From Octopus sinensis (lineage: Eukaryota): DNA of 64,000 bases. Under the pieces are notes generated by a model. It was not told where the DNA came from. It saw nothing but the letters and a program-made list of their open reading frames with translations, and searched no databases. The stretch's first letter is position 1. Every line of letters starts with the position of its first letter. A program made the translations under genes and the position numbers. Below, piece after piece: positions 25,192 through 39,595 of the stretch. The stretch lies in assembly GCF_006345805.1 (NCBI RefSeq), contig NC_043013.1:54126001-54190000 (forward strand). The letters are read 5' to 3'.

Positions 25192-25567
25192 AATATATGT
25201 GTGTGTTCATCAGAGCATCCTTTGTCCTTTATGTTTACATTATTGTTTACATAATTCATTGCCAAAACCCAATATTTTCAGCCTACCATAAAAAAAAACT
25301 GTTTGGTGTATGACATCAATCACTTTACAATTAACCTATTAAATGCAAATGAAGAGGCTTTATCAATCACATATACACATATTAATATACATATTTATAT
25401 ATCTCTCATATGTACACCCACCTCCTCATGTAGGTGTATTTCTGTCATGTATACACTCACCTACTCATCTTTCAAGAAGTTTATGTATTACATGTATGTG
25501 ACTATTCATTTAGGTATATAATCCATCATGTATACACCTACCTACTCATATGTGTGTGTGAATGTGA

Positions 25568-25598
<31 letters not shown>

Positions 25599-28059
25599 CA
25601 AATGAACTTTTTCTTCATAATGAAGTTGTTTTTTTTTTTGTAGGGATTTGTTATCCAAGTGGGCACCAGTTTTGTCCTATTATCCGTTGATGATTCTGGA
25701 TACTATTTGCGTGTTTGTCTACTACTGTTCTTGGTTAGTTTGTTTTACCATTTTAGTACTTTTCACTTCTGAAAATCCAGTTGTCTCTATGGACACTTCA
25801 TTCTTTCCAATATAGGTGAAATAATTAATAGTTTAAAGAAAGCTGAGAATATATATGTAGAATAATCATTTTTTAAACATAACAGGTGAAAAAATGTAGG
25901 AACTTATTAATTGACCACACTATGATTAAAAAATGATTATTCTGTGTATAGTCTCTGTTTTCTTTAAACTGTTGATTATATAAATGTATAAATTTATATA
26001 TTATTTATTTACTCATTCACTCATAAATCTGGGGCTAAGGCTCTGTGAGTGGACCTATTCACTTGACTGAATACCCGGGATTAACCTGGGAATTTATTAT
26101 AACTCATCTAAACACTATCAGTCTGTTTGACACTAAATGTCATTGTTAGAAATTATTGCTAACTTCTGGCATAGATTTCAACTCTTGCAATAACGATTTT
26201 TACTGGCATGAATCCATTGGAGTTTAGAGAATTGAAATTAAATTTGAACAACTATTTTTCAGTAATTGGCAGGAATGACACAAAGCCAGGTCAGTTTTGA
26301 ACAGAATACAGAGAGTTAGGGGCCACATATCCAATTCATTGCTCTTCTGTTTCTGCCGTTCGTATTCCATGTACTTAGCTTCATTCCTCTTCTGTTAAGC
26401 TAACTACTTCAATGAATCCCATATGCTCAGAACAACATTTGTATTTGCAACTGATTTCATGTTTGCAGCAGAGAAAATACTATTGGCTAAAACTCTATAT
26501 AACAACGGCATGATCCAAGAAAATCAGAAAGGACACCATTTATCTACATTCTAAGAATTCAAATAAACTCTGGATCAATTATATTGGGCATATTTGGATC
26601 TAAACTTTAGATCTCAGATCCAAGCCTTTAGTTCCCAGATCCTACCACATTACTTGTAATCTATAACTTTATTTCCTTCCTATGTTGATAACACAGCTAT
26701 CCTTTAAACCTAGTTTCCTCTGGATGGTTCATATCAACAGTTCTTGGCTTTTTGATCCCTATATTGTCTCCTTTGTAATCTATGTTAATAGATTTTTTTC
26801 ATCTTTTCAAACATACTTCTCAACCATGTACTACAGTAATTACGTCTCTTCCTCTAAATTACAAATGAAACTTCGACCTTATTATATCACTTTGTTACCA
26901 TTAACATCTCAATTCTATCATCTCTGCATTAATGAATCCGATACAATATACTATCCATTCCTCTACAGCCATTAAAACCTCTTTCTTGTTCATGGAAACA
27001 GCTTCTTAACCCCTACTCGGTGTTTCTCTTCTTTCCCGTCTCCAACTTTGCACCAAACTTTATGTGAAAGTTATCCCCCATTTGCAGTCACTTTCCTTTG
27101 CTTGCTGCACCAACTCATTAAAATCTACCTTAAACTTATCAATAATTATTGATTCTTGTTTAACATGAAAGCAATGCCCTTCTTCAATTATTTGACAATT
27201 TATTTAATCAAAACAATGAAATATTAAGGTATTTCAACTTCACATTTTCAATATAAAAGGAATCAGTTTGAATAGTTTAAAAAAAACCCTGTACAAGTTA
27301 CATTCTGATATCTAAATGCCAAATAGAAAATATCCTTTGGGAAACAGAAAAATATCTTGATGCATTGAAGTAAAATATCATCCAGATCGTATAATGAATA
27401 ATATTGTGACATGAACAGGAAGAGTATTCAGTGCCGTGCAGTTCCCACCCCACCCATCTGCCACCACCACTAAAACAACCAACAAAAGAATTATTTTGCC
27501 AAACTCCCATTTATGGGAGTTTCAAACGATTGTAGAATGAATTTTTGGAAATGCAATTTGAAGAAAGATATCTGATAGATTTAGTAAATGCTCTCCTTCC
27601 ACACACACATACGCATAGAGAGAGAGAGAGAGAGAGAGAGTAGATGTTTTACATATCACAGAATGTGTTAACAATGAAGAAACAGTTGTAGACCTGATTG
27701 TGGTAAATGATTGTATATAAATAACTCTAATGGAGAAAGAATTTCATTTGAATGCTGGAAGTTGTGGTTTTGTATCTCTGATCTTGAACTGATATTCCAA
27801 AATAAACACACTTTATTTATGATATTTATAACCCAATTCCAGTCAGAAATTCTCTACATTACAATGAGAAATGTAATAAAAAATAAAAACAGCACAATTT
27901 GAAAAAAACGTCATTTTGTGGTCAATAAACTATCAGATCAAAATCAAAAACAACAAACATATATTCACACCCCCTAATAAAAAAAAAATGGTTCTAATAA
28001 CAGTGTGTGCAATTTTTTGCATTTCGGCATCAATAAAGAACACAGTATGAAACTGCAGC

Positions 28060-28260
28060 AGTATTAGATGTTTGTAGTAGTAGAAGTAGTTGTGGTGGTG
28101 GTGATGGCGATAGTGTTAGCAGTAGTATTGATGGTGGAGGTATTAGCTGTAGTAATAGTTGTAATGGTAGTGGGTAATAGTTGTAGTGATGGTGGTAGTA
28201 TTAGTGGTGGTGGTAATAGTAGTTGTAGTTATAGAAAGAATAATAATAGTTGCAGTGGTA
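28060..28260. repeat. Low-complexity GTA/GTG trinucleotide tract
   Basis: Mixed gtagta/gtggtg/gtaata repeats that explain the Val-rich and Thr-rich ORFs at 28068 and 28143. Confidence 0.85.
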
Positions 28261-28947
28261 GAAGCTGTATATATTTCCAAGACAATTTCAGATAGAAGCC
28301 AGGAAACAATAGCATCTATTTTAGTAAACAGTGGAATAATTATAAACAAAAGTGAATAGATGGAAGAATTAATATATCTTTAATGGAATAATATAATTAT
28401 ATTGATAGAAGATGGAGTTATTGAGTTGAATCAAGAACATATCTCCTTAGTCTCATCACGGCTTTTGTCTATTAGCCAAATTTATAAGACAACAAAGTAT
28501 AAATGGAGATCGGTTGGATTGGTTGGAGCTTCAGTAATAAAGTAGTCAAATGAAGAGAAGAGGAGGCAGATAGTGGTTGGGAGTGGAACTCCTCTATTTG
28601 AAGCTTTCTAGTAGTGATTAAGAAAGAAGTTGAAATCTATAATGAGCCTACCAGCTCATTAGGCTAGTGTTTGGTTTGTGAGACAGTTGTCAGTGCCTGG
28701 GAGTTCAAGACTTTCCTCTGGGCAGAGTACCAGTCCGTTGAAAGGTTACCACCATCCCAACCAGCTACTTCTGGTACTTATTTCAACTAAGTAGACTGGG
28801 GCCATGTGAAATAAAATGACTTGCTGAAGGATGACATGAGCTACTCATTTTGCGAATTGAACTTCTGACAATATCAATTCAAACTCTTGGCCATATCACC
28901 ACAGACTTCTGCATTTTTAGTGATAAAAAGCCATTATCAAGAATATA

Positions 28948-29179
28948 TATTTCTTTACTACCCTCAAGGGGCTAAACACAGAGGGGACAAACAAGAGCAG
29001 ACAAAGGGATTAAGTCGATTACATCGACCCCCAGTGTGTAACTGGTACTTAATTTATCGATCCCAAAAGGATGAAAGGCAAAGTTGACCTCGGCAGAATT
29101 TGAACTTGGAATGTAATGACAGACGAAATATGGCTATGCCTTTCGCCCAGTGTGCTAACGTTTCTGCCAGCTCACCACC
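28948..29179 (-). mobile_element. Full-length Meta-like SINE (family A)
   Basis: Inverse of the family A consensus from head to tail, about 250 nt downstream of the exon C donor. Confidence 0.88.
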
Positions 29180-29430
29180 ATTATTAAGAATATATTTAAT
29201 AACTGAGTGTAGATTTTTCTGTAGGCTATATATAAATATATGTGTGTGTGTGTTTGTGTAAAGTAAAACTTTGTATACTTTTGCAAATTTTGTCAATAAT
29301 TGTAATTCAGTTAATATTTTTCAATCCATTATTATCATTATGACACATTTTTACCTTTTCATTATCAAAATGTAAAAGCAATTTTACTGATTGAAATCAC
29401 AGGTTAAACTAATCAACAAATCAGACTTAC

Positions 29431-29623
29431 ATGCCACTGGGAAGGCTAGAACCATCCGTCTTCGATCTCTGTTGGTTGCTCGAGCTTTCTTGTCACATTC
29501 GTCAGGGCATTCAGTCCATGAGCTCCACTCTGATAAAACACAATCCATTGGACAGGGAATCCGACAACTTTCTTTATCACTTGGCCGACTATAGCTGTCA
29601 CAAAGGCTTTCATCTTTTTGAAC
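29431..29623 (-). CDS. THSD7A: THSD7-like TSR protein, internal exon C (193 nt, phase 0-1)
   Basis: Acceptor cgttatag|GTT, donor GCAT|gtaagt. Encodes VQKDESLCDSYSRPSDKESCRIPCPMDCVLSEWSSWTECPDECDKKARATNRDRRRMVLAFPVA, with the canonical PCPxDCVLSEWSxWxxC. Absent from the ORF track. Confidence 0.95.
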
Positions 29624-30124
29624 CTATAACGTTTTATATCAGGTAATTATTAAAAATTTTTACTGAAGCTGTAATTGAATTATTATTGGACATAATGTAT
29701 TTAGGTTTTAGTCTGTTGAACAGTTAGAATTTTTCTTTTATGGGCTAGTGTAGGAAAAATACTACAATATACTAACTGTAATGAAAAATTTACTATTTCT
29801 TTCAGTAAGAGCAAATGTTTATTTACATTGTTTTATCAGTGGGATGGGGAGTAAGAATTGATATCACAACATTGTTTTAAATGATTGATTACAGCAAGAA
29901 ATATTGAATATATATTTTAAAAATTAATTTCAAAGCCATTAATTTAATTGAAAAACTTAATAACAATAGTGAATTGATAGCAATAATTTGTCAGAGCATG
30001 ACAGAACTTCCAGAGGGCCTTAAATACATTAGATATTAAATGTACTAATGTCAGCATGGTTTCATAGACATAAAACAACAATAATAATAATAATCATTTC
30101 TGTTAAAGGTACAAGGCCTGAATT

Positions 30125-30315
30125 TTTATTTTTTGTGAATGGGTGGGGGTATTAGTTGATTACACCAGTGCCCAACTGTAAACTTATTTTATCAACTCTG
30201 GAGAGATGAAATATAAAAACCAATCTCAGCAGAATTTGAACTTGGAACATAAGGACAGATGAAATGCTGCTAAGCATTTTACCTGATGTGCTAACGATTC
30301 TGCCAGCTCATTGCC

Positions 30316-30317
<2 letters not shown>
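30125..30317 (-). mobile_element. Meta-like SINE, (ATT)n-tailed variant
   Basis: Inverse head gtgctaacgattctgccagctca and B-box gaatttgaac, with (AAT)n on both sides. Confidence 0.7.
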
Positions 30318-30365
<48 letters not shown>

Positions 30366-30615
30366 CCTTATTCAGAGGCCTTTTGAGCAGGATGGGCTAC
30401 TCAACCAGAAGAAAATTCTAACTGGGCCCCACCTGCAAGATCATGCGCTATTTATCTTCATATGAGATTACCATGTCGTGCACATATGGTTGTGATGCAT
30501 GTGCCTAGTGTACCCTTATCAGATGGGTAGTCATGAAAGGGTGTACTGGGCTTCGTATATTTTACCCCAGTGTCACTTTGATGGCATGCACTACTCTCTC
30601 ACTCAATAATAATAA
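30366..30615 (+). mobile_element. 5'-truncated (AAT)n-tailed retroposon (family E)
   Basis: ccttttgagcaggatgggctactc...gcactactctctcactcaataataat, matching the 3' part of 58995-59530 and the inverse copy at 39154-39340. Confidence 0.75.
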
Positions 30616-33600
30616 AAATAATAATAATACATCTTTTATTCTATTTTTGTGACAGGCCTACCCAGCAGCAATGAAATAATAGAATCTGCACCAAAGGATT
30701 GTAAATTGTGTGTGCAGTATATATATATATTTGCTACTGTTTTATTTCTTTTGTATTCATTTGTGTTTTATTTCATTGTCAAGTTTCTCAGAAACAACAA
30801 TTTCATTGTCAGTTTGTTATTTTATTTTATTTAATCAGTTTAAACGTCTGTATCAAGCTGGTAAGCCATGGACAGACTCAGGAAGATATATAATAACTCT
30901 TATACAAGAGAATAAACTAAAACTAAAAACAATTACTAGAAAGAAGAAAAAAAAGAAAGTAGTATAGATGAAGAATGGTTAGATGGTTCTGTTGTTAAAT
31001 CTATTTATAGTTTCCCTGTATTAGAAGATTTTATTTATGGTTAGTGGTTACATGAAAATAAATTACACCTTCAACCTTGGTAGCCTTTTAAAGACTATTT
31101 GAAAAATGTCCTCATTCTCAGACTAGTAATTTTTGTTCTGGAACAAATAATGCCATATGGTTTCTGAATAGTCTTCACAAGAGCACAAAAAGGATTCCAT
31201 ATAACCTTTTGTAATAGGATATAGTTCAAAGGAATATGGCTTGTTCGAAGCCAATGAATTATTTATTTATTAACCATGTTCAGTGTCTCATAGACTTAAA
31301 GATTTGATAGAGCTGATTGTGATGATTGAGTAATTAAAGTTTGATAATTTATCTATTGATTTTTCCCACTTACCATTTTCTGCTCTTCGTCAATTAGGCT
31401 AGGGATTATGTTAGAAACGAATAAAAGTGCAGTAACACAAGGTTCTAAATGCATCGTTAGTTTATTGCAATATCTGATTCAAGAGTGATAGTGAAAAAAT
31501 TATCAGCATTGTTTTACGTCATCTTTTCCATGCTGGCATGGGTTGGGCTATTTCATGCCCTTCTTGTAACCAAGCTTTTTAATTGCCTCTTTTGACTTGC
31601 AAAGATACAGTGTATTTATTCTAAAACTGGGATACACATGATAATTTGAATAAGAAAACTGATATAGCATTACCCAAATGACACTTAATGGATGGTCTAG
31701 CTAATTATTTGAAGAAAATGGCAATTATTGTATAAATAATTTTTCTGGTTTATAGTTTACTATTTTTGATTGCTCAAAATAATAATAAAAATGTTTACAT
31801 GTAGAAAATGCAGAGAAGGAAAGTATAAACATGTTGGGATTTCTTAACTGTGAAAATTCTGTTATTAGACAATAGAAGAACCAACTTGAAATGAAAAGAA
31901 CATCTTGCCCAATAATGGCACCATTTGTATTTATGCTGTGCATGTTGCGGCTCTTTTATGTTTCAAATCGGTGCTTATAGTATCTAATATCAAATCTTTT
32001 GTTGCTCAAGGAGCACCCCTATTGTATTCGAAATCCAAAAGCTATGAACAGTGTTAAGGAAGTATTTAGAATATAAAGACATAAAATTCAAGTGAAAATC
32101 AATCAATTTTTTTTATAAGGTTTGTAATTCATTAGATGAATCTAATTTATTTTCATTAATGATATTAAGGAAAGAAAATACATGATCTGCTTTAGAAACA
32201 TCATTATGTGTGCATATTATTCATTTTATGTGTACACACACACACACACACATACACGCAAAAACTGTCATCACACACACTTTTAATTGACTTTATCTCC
32301 TCAACCATCAATCATTGAGCATTCAAAACATGTGTGAAAGTAAAGTGAAGGTTTAACTTGTAGAGAAACGAAAGCTAACAAAATACATAAATAAATAAAT
32401 GGTGTCTATTTTGACACAAATTAATGTAAAATCAATGTTGATTTAGTGTAAATAATTTTTGGTATATTTTTTAATGGATACCAAAGTTAAGTTTGTTAGG
32501 ATTAGACAATTCATTTGTATTTGTTCTTCAACTGAGATAATACTAAGATATCTTTTAGTCTTCAGTTTAAGAAATGATACTTTTTATATCCTTACTGGTT
32601 GTTTCATTTATAGTACACTGTCAAGAATTTCTCAAATGAAGAATGAATGAATTTCTCATTCCATAGCAACTAAAACTTTTATTTCCATTATATCAGTAAT
32701 GTGAATCTAGATTCAACTTTTGCCATATTCTAAATGCTAGAAATTTTCTTCCTGTTATTCATCTTGGCTGTGTTGCCTTCGATGAATGGAATTGGAGTGG
32801 TGTAGAGAGAAGTTTTTAATCTTGCTGGGGATGAAGAACCTTCTCTAGGGTTGGTGTCATGGGAGAAGGCATCCAGTACACTCTATAAAGTAGTTAAGCC
32901 TTATGTAGGACATCCAGCCATGGAAGCTGTACAGAAAATTGAATGTATGAATGAGACAGACTCCCTGTATTATCTAAGCAGGTAGTATTTCAAAATAGGA
33001 ATAGACTTGGACTGTGATAAATCATTCCCCCTTTTAACAGTATGGAAAGTGGAATTAAATTGATGATCCTGTTGTTTTGGTAATAGCTTGTCATTAATTA
33101 ACTGTTTGATGTTGATACATTCACTCATTACTAATTAGTTATTTGCTATGCGTAGCCTCATCATTAATCAACAATCTATTTGTAAATATATTAATTTTCA
33201 TTCAACATTCTGTTTTGCCATTTTATGTACAAACAAAGAATGAATAATAAAATTAATCTTTTATAAATTATTTTGTTAATCAGCCTCACAACCTTTCATT
33301 AACTCCATTTGGCTTATGTTTTATGCAGAAACTTTATTATTGAACATAAAACAAAAGTTAGAAATGCTTCTAGTTTACTATAATCATAGAATGTTTTATA
33401 AATTGAAGTTATTTTTACAGTTTACAAAACTAACTTGATCTTATATAATTTACATCCAAGACTTATTAGAACTGCCAGTAACACATTCAAATTCACTCTC
33501 TAATAATTTTCAGTGTAATTAATTCTACTATAAGATAAATATCTAATTGTGTCTTAGGAGGGTCATTACTTCAATCATAATAAACACTCACACTGGTTCA

Positions 33601-36600
33601 ATATCACTTCTTTGTTAGTCAGTTAGTTAGATATTTAACCAACTGATTAATCAATTGTTTGTTTAACATGGTGGTTGAACAATCAATCTGTTGTTTATTT
33701 GCCAATGCCCTTTTATCACTAATTGCTACCTCACGGACATGTCTCCTCTCTTCAAGGTCTACCTTAAGTCTGTTTGAGAAAAGTTAAATACATATCTGAA
33801 ATACAATTCTTATTTTGCACACTGTTTATAATCCTCTTGTTTATAGAGATGGAGATGAAAAGTATTTTGCAATTTAGATCTCCCTTATATTTTAATCTGT
33901 GACCATCCTCGGGTGCCTTATCCTTTGTTGTGTAAATTGTATTTGAACTGAATTCAAACCCACAACCTTTACATCTATACTAATGGTAGTAACAACACTC
34001 CTATCTTCTTAACCACTGATGCATTTACAATCACTTTATTTAAAACAAAATATCAAATTTTGTTTTTTATCACTTGTTCCATTAATGTAGGAAAGTACAA
34101 AAGATGGTATTTGAACCTTCGATGTCTTGCACAGTTTATTTAAAACTTTAAAACAACAAATTTACTCTGTTCTCCAAAAGTAGATAAAATTTATCAAAAA
34201 TACATTTTCTTATAATCATTGATAAAAATGTAAATGAAGCAAATATATTTATATAAGTGCCACTTAAGAAGAAGCAGCAAAATAAATCACCACTGAAGAA
34301 AAATTTCAATAATTTTCTTAAGCTATTATCAAAAGTGCATTGTTGGAATTCTTAATAAATTCTTCAATGAATTTTTCCAAACCGGATGGCTAATGGTAGA
34401 ACTAAATAGATTTTTATCGTTTTGCATTATTCAATAAAAATCATATTTAAATGTTTTCCATTCAGATGGATACTGTATGAAAGGGAATGCTATTTTGTAA
34501 ATTTAGATATTCATGTGAATTCCTATAGAAGGTATTTCAGAGTTTCTTAAATTTCACATATTTCAAACAACCAATCAGAAATTAAGCAATAGAATATATT
34601 TTTGTAACAAATTCGGAAATTTTATTTTCTAAATTTTTAATAATTTACTGAATTCAATTATTTAAGAAAAAGATTAAAAAATTTCCATCAAATTCAAATT
34701 CCAATCAAAGTTAATAATTTCTATAGTCTAATAAATATATGTTTACAATTTTCAGAATTTTAGCAGTCTCTTTTTGTTATTGTAACAAAACTCCTTTAAG
34801 TATTCTAATTTTCTGAAAAGTAAGAAATAGTAGAAACCTCAGGAATTTTTCAGAAATTTTTTAGAAATTTTTTTTTGTGTTTTTGAATAGAAAAATCATC
34901 ATCAGCAGCAGACGATTATTGCCCACCAGTGATATATACATGAGTGCTTATATGTACCACGAGTCCATACAAGAGTTTCTCTCATAGTAATTAATGCAGT
35001 ATCCTCTGTTCTAATACAACATTCACTTTTAATGGAAGATAAATATTACCTTTCAATATTAATACTACTTCTATCTTCATTAATTTTCTCTTTAAAGTAA
35101 AGTAAATTTTACTGAAAGACATGGAACTCTTTTCCAGCTTCATTCCTTCCATTTAAATTTTAGAAAATATTGCTATATTATTTGTAAATAAACTTATTTA
35201 TTTTACAACTTATAATTCTAAAAACAGTAAAATCAAAACAAAATTGTGATATGTTTGTGAATTAACAATAAATAGATATATAAATAATTAAATATATGAA
35301 GTAGCTACATAGGAGGATCTCATTAAATTTATTAATACATAATATAATGATACAAATATTAAAATTCACTAGTTTATTTAGACATTTCCTCATCATGGTG
35401 CCAATATTGTCATATAACGAAATATTACTTTATAATCAGATGCAGCAGAAAGATTACAAGCCATTCCTTAATAAAATGATTGCCTTAACAGACAACAGTT
35501 CTCATAGTTTTTATTTACTGCTTTACATAAGCAGAAATACAAATGTATTCATGCATTAGATGTAGACAGAAGCTTTTAACTTTAATTGATGAATTCCATT
35601 GGATGACAATATTTGTGTTGCCTGATATAGTTATTTCATAATTTATTAAGCAATTCAAGCTGTATAATTTATATATATTTCTTTTACATGAAGATGTTTT
35701 CATTGATTTAATTATCTTTTGTGCCTGAGACAAAGTAAAATGTTTTAACTTCTGAACTTCAACCAACAATTTTGTCCTATATTTGCCCAAAATATCCATC
35801 ACCATGGAACAAATGTATATGACAAATATAAAATTGCAGCAACAACTTAATTCTCACCACTTTTTCATGAAATGTTTTTAAAAATTTCATTTAAATAAAA
35901 AAAATATAATAACTTGAACATGTCCTTATTTGGAGTCAATTTCCTACAGAACATAACAGTATCACCTGAATATAATAGCTGGATACAAGTTTCATAGTAT
36001 CAGAACATTTATTCTATTCTACTTCATATTTATTTGGATATCACAACTCATTTATACTTTGTCTTCAAATAGAAAGGATGGAGGACAACAGTTTGCCATA
36101 AAATATTAGAAATTTTAATGAAACACTTGGATTTTCTAAGAACCTTATCTATAATCTCATTGCTAATATTTAAATATTCGAGTCTTTTTGTCTTGGATTT
36201 GTAAGAATTTAATGGTATTATGTCTCATTTCTTCTAACTTGACCAACATCAAATCATTCAGCTCATTTAATACAAAAGAACAAAAATTTCTTGAATATAA
36301 TTCATAATAAAGAAATGTTTTATTATTATTTTAATCAAAAGGTAAATTTCATCGTTAATAATAGAAACCATCAACTGATTGCTAAATTTGTCTTTTGACA
36401 AGTGAAATAAAAATGGACAATTTGTTAATCTCTATTTTAGAATACTCTTCTCACTCAGATTAAAAACGTTGATTATATTAGATTTCTTTTTACCCTGCTC
36501 AGGTTCAGTAGCTTTGATTATTTACATTTCCAGATGCTGTCATTTAACTCCTTAATTAACATAGAAACATAGCAATGTCTATTCTGTCTTGTCCAACTCC

Positions 36601-36795
36601 AATCCTTAGCTTAACAGAACCAAAGTGCAACAGTTTAATGTCTTCATAATGACTCAATAGTTCTTGATAATTCTAATTATGCACACAATTAACGAGTAAC
36701 AATTCCATTTGCATACCATTATAAAATGCTTCCAAGTAGACCAGCACACTGAGAATATGTGTATGTGTGTAAATAAATGACAGAGTAAAAATGAG

Positions 36796-36845
<50 letters not shown>

Positions 36846-37238
36846 TTATAACTTTTTTGGACAATTAATTTCAATGTTATAAATGACTTCCTTCTCTTTC
36901 ACTAGAACATGATTTACTGCAGGTATATAATTACTATTATAACATTATATTAGAAATATTACTGACATTTCCTGCATGGGGAAAAATACTCTCGTTTATC
37001 AATCACTGAGATGAGATGAAAAATTAGATATACATCTTTCTTTGAAAGTTATTTTTTAGATCTATTTCTTTAGATTAAAACAAAACATCAAATGAAACTA
37101 CTTATCATAGTTCACTGGTCAATTCATTGTAAATTAAGCTTTTATAAATTTAAACAAATATGAAACATCATTCGATGTTAAATATATTTTGTTTTTTTCT
37201 AGTTAATTAAAATATGCAAATATGTTTGTTAGACTTAC

Positions 37239-37447
37239 GCCATGCACATCAGTACACAAAAGTTTGTTGTGTCTTGTTCCCTGTCCACACAGTCGTTCAG
37301 AACTGTCAAGAGAACAAATATTAGATGAAGTAAGATTCCAAGAATAGCAGGGACCTGGATCACAAGGTTGAGTTTCTGTAACAGTGGGACACTTGGCATT
37401 TCCTCCATTTGGTGTGGATATACTTTTAAGTGTTCTTTCTCTATAAC
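37239..37447 (-). CDS. THSD7A: THSD7-like TSR protein, internal exon B (209 nt, phase 1-0)
   Basis: Acceptor aaaattttag|GT, donor GGC|gtaagt. Encodes (G)YRERTLKSISTPNGGNAKCPTVTETQPCDPGPCYSWNLTSSNICSLDSSERLCGQGTRHNKLLCTDVHG, in frame with exon A. Absent from the ORF track. Confidence 0.92.
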
Positions 37448-37588
37448 CTAAAATTTTTTAAAAAAATGCATTTAGTTGGTTTTGAAAGTTAATTTGTATA
37501 AAAACATAACAAAATCATTAAGTGAAACTTTTCTTATATTTAGTTTTTTTTTTCCAATGGTAAGTCTCTACTCTGAGCCCCTTTATAC

Positions 37589-37891
37589 CAGTGGTTCTCA
37601 ACCATTACACTAATAAGGACCCTTCTTATTTTAAAGAATTTTCCCTATGAGTTTGGATATTTAAAAGATTTCTTACTTCTCAGAAAGCTGATTTTATCAA
37701 TAACAAACTAGTTTTGCCAGTTTCATCTCTTAATTAAAATATGTCAGTGAATAAATAAGGAAAAAACTAAGTATATATTTTACACAGTAATCTTTTCAAA
37801 TTTAAAACACAGATCATTCCCTTACCCCCATCCCTCCACTATTAACTTCGTAGACACCCAGGATTGATGGACCCCAAATTTTGAACCACCC
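37589..37891. mobile_element. hAT (Charlie-like) MITE
   Basis: Left TIR cagtggttctcaacc, degenerate right TIR ttttgaaccacc, 8-bp TSD ctttatac / ttttatat. Confidence 0.55.
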
Positions 37892-38726
37892 TTTTATATT
37901 TATCTGTAAGTCTTTAGATTTGTATCATTTCAATTACCTCAATGGAAGAGATAAATATATGTCAATGAAGGAATAGTTGTTTACCTTGGTTTCCTTAATA
38001 ACAATTACTGACTGCCTGATATTATTTGCCCCTTTTAATCTATACAATATGCGGAAGTGTCAGTTTTTGAATGGACACACACTCTCACACACACACACAC
38101 ACACACACTAAAACAGAAGCACCTATTCTGCTAAGACTGCTATTCTATGACTAAAACTGGAATGTCAATTGTTTTTGAATATTTACTGAGACCAGTAATT
38201 GTGTTCAGTGTACAGATTTCAATAATAATAATAATAATGTTAGAAGCTTCCTAGCTCTTTCCCTCTCTATCCCACTTTAGAACAGTACAAGAAGTTAAAT
38301 GTAAATGTATTCTAATTGTGTCCCTTTATTTTGTTGGGTTTGGTCATCACTGATTGATCTAACACTTTTAAATGCAGTTTTTACTGAGGCTGGTAACAAC
38401 ACATCTTTTATAAATATTAATTTTTTTTTTTTCTTATCAGCATAGCTATATTTCTACTTTCATCTCTCATCAGTATTTGAAACTGCAAAGTTCTCAAGAC
38501 TTTGAAAAGAAAGTACCATTTTTGGCTGCAGGAAGTGAGCAGCTGATACAGTAGTGACACATCCAGCAACAAGCTGCATGATGATGGTAGTGATACATCC
38601 AGCAACAAGCTAGATGATGATGGAGATGATATCTTTTTTTTTTTATTATTTCATTATATGTAAAACCCCACACTTTGTCTGTCTTTTACCTTTGTAGCAA
38701 ATAAATGAAATTATTATTATTATTAA

Positions 38727-39150
38727 GGCAGTTAGCATGGTGGACAAAATGCTTAGCAGTATTTCGTCTGTGGTTACATTCTGAGTTCAATTTCCGCCAA
38801 GCTCGACTTTGCTTTCATTCTTTCAGGGCCGATAAATTAATTACCAGTTGCATATGGGGTCGATCTAATCAACTGCCCCCACCAAAATTTCAGGCATTGT
38901 GACTATTTTAGAAAGGATTATCATTATTAAGGCAGCAACTGGTACAATAATTAGCACGTTTGATGAACTGCTTAGCAGCATTTCATCTGTATTTAAATTC
39001 TGAGTTCAAATTCCACTGGAGTCGACTTTCTTTTCATCCTTTTGGGGTTGATTAATTAAGTACTAGTTGCATACTGGGGTCGATGTAATTGTCTTTATCC
39101 CTTCCCCCAAATTTGAGGCCTTGTGCTTCCAGTAGAAAAGATTATTATTA
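38727..39150 (+). mobile_element. Two tandem Meta-like SINEs joined by (ATT)n
   Basis: Two heads with B-box gagttcaa(a)tt(c)c at about 38783 and 39002, each ending ...gaaag(g)attattatt. Confidence 0.8.
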
Positions 39151-39153
39151 TTA

Positions 39154-39340
39154 TTGAGTGAGAGAGCAGTGTATGCCATCAAAGTGACACTGGGTAAAAT
39201 ATACGAAGCCCAGTATACACATCATGACTACTCGTCTGATAAGGGTACACGAGGCACATGCATCACAACCATATGTGTGCGACATAGTGATTTCATACCA
39301 AGATTAACTGCACATGACCTTGCAGGTGGGGCCCAGTTAT
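39154..39340 (-). mobile_element. Family E retroposon, 5'-truncated
   Basis: attattattgagtgagagagcagtgtatgccatcaaagtgacactggg..., the inverse of the family E 3' end. Confidence 0.75.
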
Positions 39341-39595
39341 GTAAAGATTTATACAAGACAATGGGGAAATAGGCTTTAATTATAAATTACAACATTGGTT
39401 TCTGTGCTGTTGCAACGGCTTTAAGTAGTTGAGTTTTTATTCTTATCCCATTACTGTTATTTTATAAATAATTACATAAATAAATATGATTCAGGAACAG
39501 TCTTATACTGGTATGTGTGTGTGTATATATATATGTATGTGTGTATGCATGCATATATATGTATGTGTGTATATATACATATATGTATGTGTATA

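Noticed and set aside
31371-31400. Consensus minus-strand donor AAATG|gtaagt with a possible 25-nt microexon
   Set aside because: It has an immediate in-frame TGA after exon B and a length not divisible by three. Exons B and C already join seamlessly.
37239-37302. Strong-looking internal acceptor ttgttctcttgacag| inside exon B
   Set aside because: It frameshifts relative to exon A and gives a stop in exon C. The upstream acceptor at 37448 restores continuous TSR homology.
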